This document shows, one piece after another, positions 62,916 through 64,000 of a DNA stretch of 64,000 nucleotides. The translations under genes and the position numbers were made by a program. The stretch's first letter is position 1. The number at the start of each line of letters is the position of its first letter. Under the pieces are notes generated by a model. That model saw only the letters and a list, made by a program, of their open reading frames with translations, searched no databases and had not been told where the DNA came from. The DNA lies in the NCBI GenBank assembly GCA_951406725.2, contig OX597818.1, positions 16,926,001 through 16,990,000 of the forward strand, in the 5' to 3' direction. This DNA is from Octopus vulgaris (taxonomy: Eukaryota).

Positions 62916-64000
62916 AACTATCAAAAAGTATTAAAAGTTTAATATAAGATAAAGAGTATATATATTTTCACTTTAATGTCCACTTTCCCATGCTTGCATA
63001 GGTCAAATGGAATTCATTAAGGTAGACTTTTTTTTGCCAACTATTATTTACTTTCAAGTAAGGTAAAATTTCTCTATAACCTGACGTGTTTACAGGGAAG
63101 ATTGGAAATGAATGACCTCCCCCCCACTTAACATTAATTTACAACTATTAAGTATGTCAAAATAAGGAAACACAAACAACAGAGTTCTGCACAGTTTCTG
63201 TGAACCAAATTCATTTAAGTTATTGATTAGCCTGAAGCTAGAGTCAAAGACACTTGCCCAAGATGCCACACAGTGGGACTGAACCTGTAAACACTGGGTT
63301 GCAAAATGAACTTAACTATACAGACATGCTTGTGATAATTCAATTAACTGTTGATTCATCAATTTGCTCTTTCTGTTTTTCTTTTTGTCAAACAGTTATT
63401 TGAAATATATTCTCTTTTGTTCAGCTGTGAACATACCAACCCTGCCAATTTTAAAAAGCCATAATTCACATTAACTTGTAAGGCAAGTGCAACAGGTAAA
63501 AAAAAACCAAAAAAAAGCTGCAATATGATCCATTAATTTCTTAAACACCCATACAGCACTAAATGATCTCTGAATGTGCTTAGTCACTTGAAATGAAAGA
63601 AGGTTATAGTGTATAAACAAAGGCATTACGATACAAACTTGTATTTACAGTGGTCCTCCAGTTTCACTTCCTCAGCTGGCTTTTTGCCTAAAGTGTCCTG
63701 CAATCAGACAATATTCCTGCTTAAACATTTATATTGTATTTCCATGTGATATGATTAAAGCATAAATTAATTGAAACTTTATAATTAAATCTGAAGACAA
63801 ACATTTAGATATAATTTTTCATTCTGGCTTGTAAATTCCCTATTAAAATTACATCATTATGAAGTGAGCTACTATCACATTTATAACTTACCTAGTCAGT
63901 TAGAGACCAGTATAGTATATATGTTTATACACACAAACAAACAAGAGAGCAGGCATCATCATCATCATCATTTAATGTTCACTTTTCTCTGTAACAAGGG

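Noticed and set aside
43500-64000. A second protein-coding gene
   Set aside because: No series of spliceable exons with recognisable protein motifs found; short or divergent exons could have been missed.

Overview
AT-rich, microsatellite- and SINE-rich animal DNA; the repeat families look like those of an octopod cephalopod (inference). Positions 463-31213 (+) hold the 3' 16 coding exons of a receptor-type protein tyrosine phosphatase of the Ptp99A/PTPRG-PTPRZ (R5) type: transmembrane helix, juxtamembrane region, intact D1 domain ([17 protein letters not shown]) and a pseudo-catalytic D2 domain (Cys->Asp). All introns are GT-AG and the spliced exons stay in frame (~695 codons); the extracellular exons lie upstream of the window. 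A probable long 3' UTR runs to ~43.4 kb, and the rest is repeat-rich intergenic DNA with no recognisable intact gene. Most interesting: a ~550-bp inverted duplication bracketing exons 4-5 (174 nt, phase 0/0, so in-frame skipping or a stop-free circRNA is possible), a near-perfect 95-bp intronic hairpin, a decayed hammerhead-ribozyme unit in the putative 3' UTR, a perfect 4x147-bp tandem array, and several informative retroposon insertions. All coordinates and identities were read by eye.
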